NCBI GenBank assembly: GCA_030821775.1
Contig: GCA_030821775.1_4700.1
From: a phage
Direction: 5' to 3' (one strand)
DNA length: 44,039 nt
This document shows positions 9,487 to 18,269 of the stretch, in pieces. Position numbers and translations under genes: made by a program. The first letter of the stretch is position 1; every line of letters begins with the position of its first letter. Below the pieces are notes generated by a model. It saw only the letters and a list, made by a program, of their open reading frames with translations. It was not told the DNA's origin and did no database searches.

Positions 9487-9551
9487 AATTCATTCTCCAA
9501 TAACTATTACGCAAAAGACCCTGCCTACACTAAGGCAGACAGGGGCATCAA

Positions 9552-9989
9552 TTATTCGACGTGACTCCACGCCTTGCGACTTCTAACCTTGTTAATCAAA
9601 TCTTTAGAGACACCTAGATTTTCTGCTAATGTCTTTGCAGATAGACTACAAGAACGTATGTACTTAACCTTATCAACATCTAACTTCTGGCTAGACCTTT
9701 TGGTTCTAATAGAAACATCAATCATGTTCTGGCTACGAGAACCCCAGCTTAAGTGATCAGGGTTACAGTACATCTTATTGTCGCAAGAATGAAGTACATC
9801 TTTTAAATCAGACTTGCCATGAAACACTTCACAGCTAACTCGGTGTACTGTTTCATTTCTACCTCCACCTGTAGCTATGTTTCCATAGCCATGAGAGCCA
9901 ACAGACTTCTGCCATATCCAGCACCCGTTACTGTCAACTCCCACGTTATCCTTGATCTTCTCTATGAGTGCATCGCGGCTTAGTCTCAT
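9552..9989 (-). CDS. HNH homing endonuclease
   Basis: 145-aa ORF with the canonical HNH_3-type pattern (GCWIW...GYG...HR...C.N..C.NPDHL). Confidence 0.8.
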   Translation of the reverse strand: MRLSRDALIEKIKDNVGVDSNGCWIWQKSVGSHGYGNIATGGGRNETVHRVSCEVFHGKSDLKDVLHSCDNKMYCNPDHLSWGSRSQNMIDVSIRTKRSSQKLDVDKVKYIRSCSLSAKTLAENLGVSKDLINKVRSRKAWSHVE

Positions 9990-9994
9990 TTAAC

Positions 9995-10369
9995 TCAAAA
10001 TTCCTCCTCTTCGCTTACCTGAACTTCCGGTGCAGCTACTTCTTCTACTGCCTGAGCTTCAGCTTCTTCAGCAGCCTTAACTTCTTTCACCGGCTTACCA
10101 GCAGCAATCCAATCCAGATACTCAGCTACGATATTAGCCTTACCGATCTGAGCTTTGTCAGCCTGCTCAGGGAAGCAAGCACGAGCGAACTCCAGACCAG
10201 CAGCGAAGTTACCCATGCTGTCAATCTTAGCCTGAGCTCCTTCACGAGTATCATAAGCCTTAGTGCCAGCTACCAGTTTGTTGGCTTCATCGACGATAAC
10301 GAAAGACTCAACGGATACCAGATCAGCACCTTTAACAACACGGTTTACGATAGTTTCGATAGTGAACAT
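9995..10369 (-). CDS. Hypothetical protein with acidic C-terminal tail ending in Phe
   Basis: Track ORF 9995..10399; probable start at the ATG at 10369 (AAGGAG SD). C-terminus ...VQVSEEEEF resembles the acidic aromatic tails of SSB-type proteins. Confidence 0.5.
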   Translation of the reverse strand: MFTIETIVNRVVKGADLVSVESFVIVDEANKLVAGTKAYDTREGAQAKIDSMGNFAAGLEFARACFPEQADKAQIGKANIVAEYLDWIAAGKPVKEVKAAEEAEAQAVEEVAAPEVQVSEEEEF

Positions 10370-10423
10370 ATTTAAATTCTCCTTTGTTAATTGTGGCATT
10401 ATCGCCGATTAAAATTCTCCCTT

Positions 10424-10441
10424 CTATAGTGTCCCCTAAAT
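10424..10441 (-). promoter_or_regulatory. SP6-type phage promoter
   Basis: Plus CTATAGTGTCCCCTAAAT (one mismatch to consensus) in the intergenic gap. Confidence 0.75.
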
Positions 10442-10456
10442 AGAGGACACCAATTT

Positions 10457-10472
10457 GTCCAACGCGTTGGAC
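10457..10472. repeat. Conserved palindrome, copy P1 (GTCCAACGCGTTGGAC)
   Basis: Perfect inverted repeat, member of the 8-copy TGTCCAAC-NN-GTTGGACA family; lies between the stop of gene 10473..10691 and the promoter at 10424. Confidence 0.8.
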
Positions 10473-10691
10473 TTACAGAACTGTGCTCACCTGCGCAATG
10501 TCGTGCGCCGGAAGTGACACGCCGTGGCGTTTACCGGTCGCGGGGTCACTGTAGTTCACCACATGCTGACCCTCGCGCCAGATATAGTGCAGGTTTGCGT
10601 ATGTATCCCCTTCAGAGAATGAGTGAAAAGTGTTACCGCCAAGCGTTGTGATGCCTTTCTTGCAGTGCAGGGTTACAATTTGTACTTTCAT
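10473..10691 (-). CDS. Hypothetical protein
   Basis: 72-aa ORF with ATG and AGGAGG SD. Confidence 0.5.
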   Translation of the reverse strand: MKVQIVTLHCKKGITTLGGNTFHSFSEGDTYANLHYIWREGQHVVNYSDPATGKRHGVSLPAHDIAQVSTVL

Positions 10692-10702
10692 TTAACCTCC
10701 TA

Positions 10703-11509
10703 TTAATATTCCGCGTCCTCGTCCATTTCTGGGGCTTCTACGTTCGTAGCTTCAGGTACTTCCTGCGGGACAGAAGCACCTGTGTCCAAAGGTTTGCGGT
10801 CTTCTGGAGTCGCGTCACTGTCTTTCTTCTTGGCCTTCTTCCACTCAGCATCGGCAGCGCGAGCCTCGGCGATAATGGCTTCAACATGAGAACCAGCAAC
10901 GGACAGGTTCTTACCGCGTGGTGTTTCGTTCAGCAGGTACTGACGGACAAGATGAGCAGGAATGCTGTCGATGATTCCGCGGGTCAGCTTGTCGAAGGTG
11001 ATGTGGCCTGTCATGGTTAGACCTTCTTCTTCCACCTGAGCCAGCACCAGCTTCTTGAGTTTATCAGGCATACCGCCGAAGCCTTTCCAGTTAACATACT
11101 TGAAAGTGCCATCTTCGTTCTTGCCACCCTTATCATCGCCAACCATGCTAACAGTCATGCACTCGCCGATGAAGTCATCGAAGCCACCAAGCAATTCTTT
11201 AGGGTCAACTGCATTCAGGAATTTGGTCAGCGTTGCCTTGTCACCAGACTTGAGCGGCACAGCCATCCACTGTTCCATGCGAGAACCATCCTCGTTCTTG
11301 TCACCGTCACCCATCAGGATAACCTTAACAAGAACAAAGTTAGCAGGCTTCTTCACCTCGGTAGTGTTACCTTTCTTGAAGATGTCTTGGAAGGAACCAA
11401 CGTGAATGATGCCAGAGATAACTGCCTCGTGATCACCAACTTCGGGATTCTTAAACACACCACCAGTAGCAGCAGCAACCTCAGCACCAAAATCAAAATT
11501 ACGAGCCAT
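10703..11509 (-). CDS. Putative ssDNA-binding protein (acidic C-terminal tail)
   Basis: Track ORF 10703..11557; ATG at 11509 has an AGGAGG SD. C-terminus ...EAPEMDEDAEY is acidic with a terminal aromatic residue, as in T7 gp2.5 and bacterial SSB; functional call is inference. Confidence 0.4.
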   Translation of the reverse strand: MARNFDFGAEVAAATGGVFKNPEVGDHEAVISGIIHVGSFQDIFKKGNTTEVKKPANFVLVKVILMGDGDKNEDGSRMEQWMAVPLKSGDKATLTKFLNAVDPKELLGGFDDFIGECMTVSMVGDDKGGKNEDGTFKYVNWKGFGGMPDKLKKLVLAQVEEEGLTMTGHITFDKLTRGIIDSIPAHLVRQYLLNETPRGKNLSVAGSHVEAIIAEARAADAEWKKAKKKDSDATPEDRKPLDTGASVPQEVPEATNVEAPEMDEDAEY

Positions 11510-11702
11510 TAATTTATTCCTCCTGTTGTTTGTTAGCTTTGTACTGAGCACAAGCATGTACTCACTAGAAAGCCCGATACTATATCGGGTTGTGCAAGAT
11601 GCACAAGAGGTTCAACACTTTACAATCATAGGACGTGCTTAGGATTTACGCTCACTGAGCACCTTGGATTTACTGTCTCTGACAAACCCACGTCCTATTG
11701 TT

Positions 11703-11720
11703 CTATAGTGTCACCTAATT
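11703..11720 (-). promoter_or_regulatory. SP6-type phage promoter (variant)
   Basis: Plus CTATAGTGTCACCTAATT; overlaps the stop of gene 11719..12096. Confidence 0.65.
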
Positions 11721-12096
11721 ATTTGGTCAGATTGTCTAACTCCATTTCCAGCATAACAATCTCTTTCTTCAGACTGTCAGATGCAGCTTGATGTACAATG
11801 GCAATGGATGCCTTGCGCTCTTCAAAGTCTGCCTTCAGGTTGTCACGCTCCTGCTGGTGACGTGCCATCATCTCTTCTACCTCTTTGACTTGACGCTCAT
11901 TCAGATCATCACGAGATGCATAGTAGCTATTGTGGCAGTCAATCATTTGAGAACTACGGTGTTCTTCAACTTCAACTTGTTCTGCCTGTACTGCTTCGAT
12001 GCGACCCTTGATTGCTTCAATAGCCTTGTACTTAAACTTATTAGCCAGACCACGAAAGTATTGAGCTACGAATACCAGAGTAGTTACCATTGACAT
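11719..12096 (-). CDS. Hypothetical coiled-coil protein
   Basis: 125-aa ORF with AGGAG SD; charged heptad-like sequence. Confidence 0.5.
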   Translation of the reverse strand: MSMVTTLVFVAQYFRGLANKFKYKAIEAIKGRIEAVQAEQVEVEEHRSSQMIDCHNSYYASRDDLNERQVKEVEEMMARHQQERDNLKADFEERKASIAIVHQAASDSLKKEIVMLEMELDNLTK

Positions 12097-12165
12097 ATTT
12101 ATATCTCCTATATTTACTTAATTACCTATACTACCTATAAGACCTTTATTACCTTGGTCTTCCTT

Positions 12166-12183
12166 CTATAGTGTCACCTAAAT
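12166..12183 (-). promoter_or_regulatory. SP6-type phage promoter
   Basis: Plus CTATAGTGTCACCTAAAT, exact consensus, between DNA polymerase stop and the next gene. Confidence 0.8.
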
Positions 12184-12223
12184 AAAAGGTAGAGAATTTA
12201 AGTGACACAAAGAAAGTTAACAA

Positions 12224-14797
12224 TTAGTGAGTCTCTTTCCAGCTTGCGCCAATCTTATATTCACCTGCCATCGGACAGCGCATCTTAAGATACTGACCAG
12301 CCCAAGTCATGGCGTCGGCAATGATATGCCCTGCACGGTGATAACGACGCTGGCAATGCAATACACCAGCATCAGCATCAACGCTAACGAGATTTGCAGC
12401 AGACCACATACGTCCCTCAGAATCCACATGAACACGTTTCTCCTCTGCATCGAACACTGCTTTCACAGCAGCCTTCTCTGTTTCAAATCCTTCTAAGGTG
12501 AAAGGTAGGTCATAGTTAAGATACAAGACCTCCTCTTCAGGGACTTCCATCTGTATTTCATCGTGCACGTTAGCTACACCACAAGGGTTTCCCATAGCAT
12601 CCAAGGCTACACCCTCCTTGCGCATCACTGCAAATGCCTTGACCAGTGCGTATTTCATACACAAAGAGCCAGTCATCTGGAGCAATACGTTAAGCATAGT
12701 GTGTTCTTTAAGTTCACCACCGGACATACGGATGCGACCCCAATGCCCATCAGGTGCTTGCAGGTAGCCAAACTTGTTACCTTGTGCGATAACATTCTCG
12801 CGAAGACGTGCAAGAGACGGTAGTTCAATCTCGAATCTTGCCACAACTTCCTTCATTTCATCCTCAGTGACACCGCATACTGCTGCAAGGTTAGCTATAC
12901 CAGAGCCATAGAGGAAGGCATATATAAACGTCTTCGCCATGTCACGCTTAGGAAGACCAGCCTTCATCTGGTTATGCGTATGGATGTCACCATGAAGTAC
13001 AATCTCTTGGTATTCGGGGTCATTCATGAAGTGAGACAGTACACGCAGTTCAAGACCTGCACCATCACAACCAAGGATTAGCTTGCCTTTCCCTGCTATG
13101 AATAAATCACGTAGAGGATACAAGCCACGGGCAGGAATATTAACCACGTTGCGATGACGCATACGGAACGTAGAAGTGCCAATACTAATAGCAACAGCTG
13201 GCACACGCCACTCTCCGTCATCTTTGTCAGACGTAGGCCAACATCCATACCTCGCATAGTATTGCTGCGCATTGATTCCTAGCTCCTTATTAAATGCTAC
13301 AGGTATAAGGCCGCGACACTTTCGTACACCAGCCTGCGAGGGCCACGCCCCCTTCTGATTGAAGGCTTCAACGTCACCACGGTTGAGGATCTGACCACGA
13401 CGGGATACGAGTATGTACCATGCAGCGATACCCAAGCACCAATCAGGGACTGTTTTACCTTCACGTGTGGCTCTTTCTTGCCATAAAGTGATGGACTTCT
13501 CATTTATCTTACCACTCCACGGCTTAGGTAATACACCATGTTCATCAATGTAGGCCTGTTCTGTATCATTAAACTCAACACCTCTCCATCCGAACCCATA
13601 AAGCACTTGTTTAACAGTCTCACGGTTTCCCAAGGGAATGTCTTCAAACGTGACGGGAGAGTAAGCGCCAATGTGCTTGATGCTAGGTGTGTCATTCTTG
13701 TTACCACGGAGGTGAGGGAAGTCTTTCTTGACAGTAGCAGACCAATCTCCAGACTTAGTGGTGACAGCCCAAACCGTCTGCCGATCTCCGCGCCGTTCGG
13801 CATGGATAAAAGCCTCGCTAGACAACGTGACTCCAATTCCGTGAAGTCTACTATACTCATTTGCTTTATCAACTTGCGCCTCCTTCTCTTGAGCTTTGAA
13901 TGGTTTAGACTTGATACGCATAGGCATGTGTGGACGAAAGGCTGCGACTGTCTCGTCAATCTTGGCGTCCAGTTCTTCGCATCGCGCTAACGCCTTGTCG
14001 ATGTCCAGACGGAACCCGCGTTCGGCCTGACGGCTCATCTCCAGCGCCACAATGGACTCCATGTGGAAGGCTGTCTCAATGCCCAAGCCAGTGCGTTTAT
14101 TCACGCCACGGCGTTTGTGTTCCATCCATTCCCCGTTAAAGAGCCAGAGGAACAGGTCACGACCGATTGCCACGTCCTCACGTACACGGTGAACCATGTG
14201 GTCAGTTAGTTTAGACCAGTCCTCGTTCTCCGGTTTATAGCGGCCTATACGGATGCCGTGCGCCTCAATTGAGTGAGGGGCAACGTTACCCATACCTTTG
14301 GCGTATGCTTGCGGAGGGAGGCGTCTATCGGGGTTTAACAGGCGGCTCATCACCAGCGTGTCCATGACTCGCACAGGACACAGGTCGGCACGAAGCCTGC
14401 CCTTGCCGCGCTTCTCGGTGTAGTTAAAGCCTTTCCATATAGTAGGGAATGCTTTCTCAAAGAGAAGCCCGTCATACCCTAGGAAGTTCTGTGACACGAT
14501 AGCTTCACAGTGCTTCAGGAAGTTAACACCGTCAACCAAGTCACCGTCTTGGTGGCCTTCCCATTCCTTCATACGTTCTCTTGCTTCATGGTCACGCATC
14601 TCATATGGGTCAAAGAAGAGAAACTCCTCGGTAGTAAGCAAGTCCATGCAGCAAATGATATGCACATCTTCACGGTGTCCATATCGGATAGCATCAAGGA
14701 GGCCTTTACTTTCGGCGTCCATGACGAGGATGCGGCCTTCTGCCTCCTTCTTCCAATCAATAATCTTCATACATTGCCTCTGTTTCGTAGTAGTCAT
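12224..14797 (-). CDS. DNA polymerase (family A, T7 gp5-like)
   Basis: 857-aa ORF in the expected position after primase/helicase; true start may be the ATG at 14770 (GAGG SD). Confidence 0.85.
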   Translation of the reverse strand: MTTTKQRQCMKIIDWKKEAEGRILVMDAESKGLLDAIRYGHREDVHIICCMDLLTTEEFLFFDPYEMRDHEARERMKEWEGHQDGDLVDGVNFLKHCEAIVSQNFLGYDGLLFEKAFPTIWKGFNYTEKRGKGRLRADLCPVRVMDTLVMSRLLNPDRRLPPQAYAKGMGNVAPHSIEAHGIRIGRYKPENEDWSKLTDHMVHRVREDVAIGRDLFLWLFNGEWMEHKRRGVNKRTGLGIETAFHMESIVALEMSRQAERGFRLDIDKALARCEELDAKIDETVAAFRPHMPMRIKSKPFKAQEKEAQVDKANEYSRLHGIGVTLSSEAFIHAERRGDRQTVWAVTTKSGDWSATVKKDFPHLRGNKNDTPSIKHIGAYSPVTFEDIPLGNRETVKQVLYGFGWRGVEFNDTEQAYIDEHGVLPKPWSGKINEKSITLWQERATREGKTVPDWCLGIAAWYILVSRRGQILNRGDVEAFNQKGAWPSQAGVRKCRGLIPVAFNKELGINAQQYYARYGCWPTSDKDDGEWRVPAVAISIGTSTFRMRHRNVVNIPARGLYPLRDLFIAGKGKLILGCDGAGLELRVLSHFMNDPEYQEIVLHGDIHTHNQMKAGLPKRDMAKTFIYAFLYGSGIANLAAVCGVTEDEMKEVVARFEIELPSLARLRENVIAQGNKFGYLQAPDGHWGRIRMSGGELKEHTMLNVLLQMTGSLCMKYALVKAFAVMRKEGVALDAMGNPCGVANVHDEIQMEVPEEEVLYLNYDLPFTLEGFETEKAAVKAVFDAEEKRVHVDSEGRMWSAANLVSVDADAGVLHCQRRYHRAGHIIADAMTWAGQYLKMRCPMAGEYKIGASWKETH

Positions 14798-14864
14798 CTG
14801 AACGTTCGGGTTTTGGATTCATTGAGTCATAGTAGTCCCAATCAGAATCATAATCACGTGGCAT
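14757..14864 (-). CDS. Small acidic Asp/Tyr-rich ORF (35 aa)
   Basis: Hand-translated MPRDYDSDWDYYDSMNPKPERSDDYYETEAMYEDY with GGAGG SD; stop overlaps the probable DNA polymerase start. Below the track size cutoff. Confidence 0.3.
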   Translation of the reverse strand: MPRDYDSDWDYYDSMNPKPERSDDYYETEAMYEDY

Positions 14865-14894
14865 AATGCACCTCCAATCAATATGATAAAAGGC

Positions 14895-14912
14895 TGTCCA
14901 ACACGTTGGACA
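14895..14912. repeat. Conserved palindrome, copy P2 (TGTCCAACACGTTGGACA)
   Basis: Perfect 18-bp palindrome with complementary AAGG/CCTT flanks, in the gap upstream of the DNA polymerase gene. Confidence 0.8.
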
Positions 14913-14921
14913 ACCCTTGAC

Positions 14922-15131
14922 TTACCGACTGCGTGTTACAGTTAATTTCTGGCCCATGTATTTACCTTGGTGCGGTTCCCAAGTGGCCTCCTTAATAACC
15001 TGTTCACGAGTGAGACTATTCTTTTTGGCTTCAGCCATAGTCAACTGTGCAAACAGGAAGGCTTGGTTAGTAATTTGTGCTTGCAGGTCTTCGTGACCAT
15101 CGAACATCTTAAGGCTGTGTTTATTTTGCAT
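14922..15131 (-). CDS. Hypothetical protein
   Basis: 69-aa ORF, overlaps the stop of the upstream gene. Confidence 0.4.
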   Translation of the reverse strand: MQNKHSLKMFDGHEDLQAQITNQAFLFAQLTMAEAKKNSLTREQVIKEATWEPHQGKYMGQKLTVTRSR

Positions 15132-15336
15132 GTTTCACCATAAAGCTGCCAATAACTTTCCAACGATTACGGAATTGCTTCTCAGTAAGACAACCATATA
15201 GGACCATTTGAAAACTAGCTGACATACCAGCACCTCGTATTGCATTGGGTTTATAACTCACAATTTTAACACCATTTGGTGATACAATACCATAAAACTT
15301 TTCACCGCAGTCTCTGATAATTAGAACTTTAGTCAT
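15121..15336 (-). CDS. Hypothetical protein
   Basis: 71-aa ORF with strong SD (TAAGGAGTTAATC before ATG). Confidence 0.5.
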   Translation of the reverse strand: MTKVLIIRDCGEKFYGIVSPNGVKIVSYKPNAIRGAGMSASFQMVLYGCLTEKQFRNRWKVIGSFMVKHAK

Positions 15337-15346
15337 GATTAACTCC

Positions 15347-16030
15347 TTAGATTTTCACGTAGGTTTCTTCAGTAACGATAGGGAGGTACAGTAATTCTTC
15401 ACCATTCAAGATGTGAAGACCTTTCAATCCTTGCTTAATGATAATATCTTCTATGGTTTTAGCAAAATTGGTATTAGCTACACGACGAGGTGTGCCATGC
15501 TCTGTGATTGCATGGTCAACATCATGATTCGCACAGGTACATTAGGGTGCATCATGGCTTCACCAATCTTCACCATAGCTTGTCCGGTGGATTTACCAAG
15601 AGCACGAGTGTTAAACTGTGTAACACCTAATGCAGTGCCACACAGCTTAATCATTTCACTTTGGGTCTTACCAGTGATTACATTGCGGCGCTCTTTCTTG
15701 AGTGTGGTCTTTGCTTTGCCACATGCCTCTGCTAAAGTTTGAATGCCACCACTATAGAGGTGTGCTGTAATATCACTTTCTGCATCTGGCGAGCGCACTT
15801 GTCGCAAATCTCATCATGTATGCACTTACATTGGTTGTTTACCTCTACAATCTTTTCAAGGTATTTATGTGCGTTCTTCTTGTTATAGAAAGCCTTAATA
15901 CCATTATCATATACTACATGATACAGGTTCTCACTTACATTATGCACTACACCATGACAACGATAGAGACGTGATGTTTATTGATGTTACGAACATAATC
16001 ACCTACATTCAATACTAATTTATACATAAT
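15347..16030 (-). pseudogene. Frameshift-disrupted gene, possibly a degenerate HTH-containing homing endonuclease
   Basis: Four consecutive minus-strand ORF segments in different frames (about 27 aa, 71 aa, 109 aa, 64 aa) tile this ~680-bp region; includes a Cys cluster (CKCIHDEICDKC) and an HTH-like stretch (TQSEMIKLCGTALGVTQFNTRAL). Confidence 0.4.
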
Positions 16031-16064
16031 CAATCTCCAGTTATTAATGTACTTAATAAGAGCC

Positions 16065-16082
16065 TGTCCAACATATTGGACA
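16065..16082. repeat. Conserved palindrome, copy P3 (TGTCCAACATATTGGACA)
   Basis: Perfect palindrome ~17 nt downstream of the primase/helicase stop. Confidence 0.8.
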
Positions 16083-16098
16083 AGCCCTGATAAGCACA

Positions 16099-18090
16099 CT
16101 AGAACTCCTGCTCTTCTTCGAAGTTACCTTGTTCTATAGTGTCCCCTAAATCAGCAGGCACCTCTTGCTGCTTAGGTACACCTGTATCAAAGCTCTTGGT
16201 TCGTGCTTGTGGTTCCCTCAATCTACCGGTAGCAAGGTCTCCTTTAAGCATAACCTTAGTTCCTGTGAAGATACCTTGGTCACGGTCTTTGACACATGAG
16301 ATGTACGTGGTAGTCCTTTCATCAAGCGTTTCAGCTCTTGTGTTACGCTCAATCCCCAATGCGTAAGATGCCCAGAATCCGATAGCTCCTGAGCCTCGGA
16401 AGTCAGAAAGGATAACCTCGCCACCTTCCTCGTGTTGGGTGCGGTTCCCCGCAGGACGTGTAAGGTGTGATACAAGGAATATAGTAACTGGGTGTCGGTC
16501 TTTGATAGTACCAATCCGCTTGACGCATTCATCAAGTGCACCAACCTTCCCACCATATGCTCTTTCATCTAATTTAATCCCAGTTAAGTTATCAATAAAG
16601 ATATTCTGAATCCCCATAGCTTCAAACTCTAAGCAGGTCTGCTCAATCTTCTCCATTGAGTAGTCACCTTCGAGGTCAGCTACAAAGAACTTACCCGTAT
16701 CAGCCACGTAGTCGATAGCTTCAGCCGCTTCCTCATCGGTATAGTCCAGCACCTCGCGGTAGCCATCCTCTTGCGGGTCGTTGGTTGGCGGCAACTCAAT
16801 GCGCTTATCAATCCACTTCCCGATGAATGCACGGGCAACCTTCTTGGTTGGGTCTTCTGTAGAGATAATGCCTACAGACTCGCCGTGCTCTTCGATGAGG
16901 TGCTTAACCACTTCACGAAGGAACTCAGTCTTACCTACACCGGAGCCAGCACCGACGATGATTAGCTGGTGCTTACGGATACCAAGCGTTACCTTGTTCA
17001 GCTTAGGCCAAGGCCACGACAGCCCTTCTTCTGGACGTGCCTGCTTGAGTTCGTCACGCATAGACGCAACGGACTTAATCTGGCTACCGAAGACTTCCTC
17101 AGAAGACTTGGCATTAAACCAAGCATCGACAAACTCTTTGGCCTTACCCGCCATCAAAGACTTGTTAGCATCCTTGCAACCACTTGGATACTCAAGGATG
17201 TAGGATTTGCCGGGAAACAGGCGAGCCGCTTGTTGGTTCTGCTTCTGCCCTACCTCGTCGCCATCGAATCCCCAGATAATCTTCTTGAATTGGGCGATGT
17301 GTTCACGGTTCTGCACAATCTCTTCAAGGCAAGATTCACCTTTGTTAACAGACCACACATGGTAAGGTTGCCCTTCCCACTTAGTACCCTTGGCAGAATC
17401 AAGGAGCATTTGCTGGGCTGCTAATGCATCCAGTTCACCACCCACGATAAGCAAGATATCTTTTCTTCTTCCCTTGTCCAACGTGTTGGACAGGGTATTC
17501 ATACCGAAAAGATCTTGTGTACCAAAGAGTTTACCTAGGTGTCCGAACTTAAAATCCTTCGGCAACGTCCGGCATTTTGCTCCAACAAGCACCCCCTTTT
17601 CATATCGTGGATAATAGTGACGGTTGACTCTTCCCTCTTCATCGTGTCCAACGCGCACATCGTACATTGCTGCGATGTCACCTCGAATGTGACGGGATAC
17701 AAGGTTCTTACGCTTAAGCGTGAGGAACCATTCAACATCAAGTTTCCACTCTGTTTCTTGGTCTGCCCTTTCTTGCTCATTCATAACCTCCCAACGGTCT
17801 TTCATACGCATACCACCAAGGGCGATGGCGCGTAGTTTAGGGTCGCTTATCTTCCCTTCTTTCTCCATCTCTTTGAATTGAGAAGGTGTGTATTTGATGT
17901 TGCCGGTAATAGGCAACTCGGTTATTTCGATGCCACCTTCCGGCTTATGGTAATAAGGTCTGCCATTATCATGGAAGTGACCACGGTTACAGTAGCCAGC
18001 ACCATCCTCGAATATCATAAGGTGGTTGCCTGATTTATCGTGTCCATTCTTCTGGCATTGAGGGCACGGAATGTTATTAATAATAGCCAT
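16099..18090 (-). CDS. DNA primase/helicase (T7 gp4-like)
   Basis: 663-aa ORF with an N-terminal Cys4 zinc ribbon (CPQC...C..GH) and a Walker A P-loop (GAGSGVGKTE) in the C-terminal helicase half. Confidence 0.9.
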   Translation of the reverse strand: MAIINNIPCPQCQKNGHDKSGNHLMIFEDGAGYCNRGHFHDNGRPYYHKPEGGIEITELPITGNIKYTPSQFKEMEKEGKISDPKLRAIALGGMRMKDRWEVMNEQERADQETEWKLDVEWFLTLKRKNLVSRHIRGDIAAMYDVRVGHDEEGRVNRHYYPRYEKGVLVGAKCRTLPKDFKFGHLGKLFGTQDLFGMNTLSNTLDKGRRKDILLIVGGELDALAAQQMLLDSAKGTKWEGQPYHVWSVNKGESCLEEIVQNREHIAQFKKIIWGFDGDEVGQKQNQQAARLFPGKSYILEYPSGCKDANKSLMAGKAKEFVDAWFNAKSSEEVFGSQIKSVASMRDELKQARPEEGLSWPWPKLNKVTLGIRKHQLIIVGAGSGVGKTEFLREVVKHLIEEHGESVGIISTEDPTKKVARAFIGKWIDKRIELPPTNDPQEDGYREVLDYTDEEAAEAIDYVADTGKFFVADLEGDYSMEKIEQTCLEFEAMGIQNIFIDNLTGIKLDERAYGGKVGALDECVKRIGTIKDRHPVTIFLVSHLTRPAGNRTQHEEGGEVILSDFRGSGAIGFWASYALGIERNTRAETLDERTTTYISCVKDRDQGIFTGTKVMLKGDLATGRLREPQARTKSFDTGVPKQQEVPADLGDTIEQGNFEEEQEF
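16134..16151 (-). promoter_or_regulatory. SP6-type phage promoter inside the 3' end of the primase/helicase gene
   Basis: Plus CTATAGTGTCCCCTAAAT located within the last ~17 codons of the gene. Confidence 0.7.
17475..17492. repeat. Conserved palindrome, copy P4, inside the primase/helicase coding sequence
   Basis: Perfect palindrome TGTCCAACGTGTTGGACA; encodes ...TLSNTLDKG... about 200 codons into the gene. Confidence 0.8.
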
Positions 18091-18100
18091 GGTCTGCCCT

Positions 18101-18238
18101 TTAGTTCCAACTACGTTTCATATTACGATTAACACCGCCGCGTTGTTGTACCCACTTTTTGGCACGATTCTTAAGGGTGCTAATATCTACATCGCACTCA
18201 TGACGGCTTCTACGGGTAATCTTTTCTACGTTACGCAT
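18101..18238 (-). CDS. Small basic protein (45 aa), T7 gp1.1-like by position
   Basis: Hand-translated MRNVEKITRRSRHECDVDISTLKNRAKKWVQQRGGVNRNMKRSWN with GGAG SD, between the tandem promoters and primase; resembles my recollection of T7 gp1.1. Confidence 0.4.
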   Translation of the reverse strand: MRNVEKITRRSRHECDVDISTLKNRAKKWVQQRGGVNRNMKRSWN

Positions 18239-18269
18239 GGTTAAATCTCCAAAGTAAGTTAGTCTTGTT

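Noticed and set aside
11573-11589. Hairpin CCCGATA-CTA-TATCGGG in the 5' UTR downstream of the promoter at 11703, considered as a terminator
   Set aside because: No U tract follows on the coding strand and it lies between a promoter and the gene it should drive; more likely a 5' UTR stability or processing element. Too weakly supported to report as a feature.
15760-15780. Plus-strand CCACCACTATAGAGG resembling the 3' half of a plus-orientation promoter
   Set aside because: Lacks the ATTTAGGTGA upstream half; lies inside the frameshifted gene and would direct antisense transcription; judged a chance partial match.
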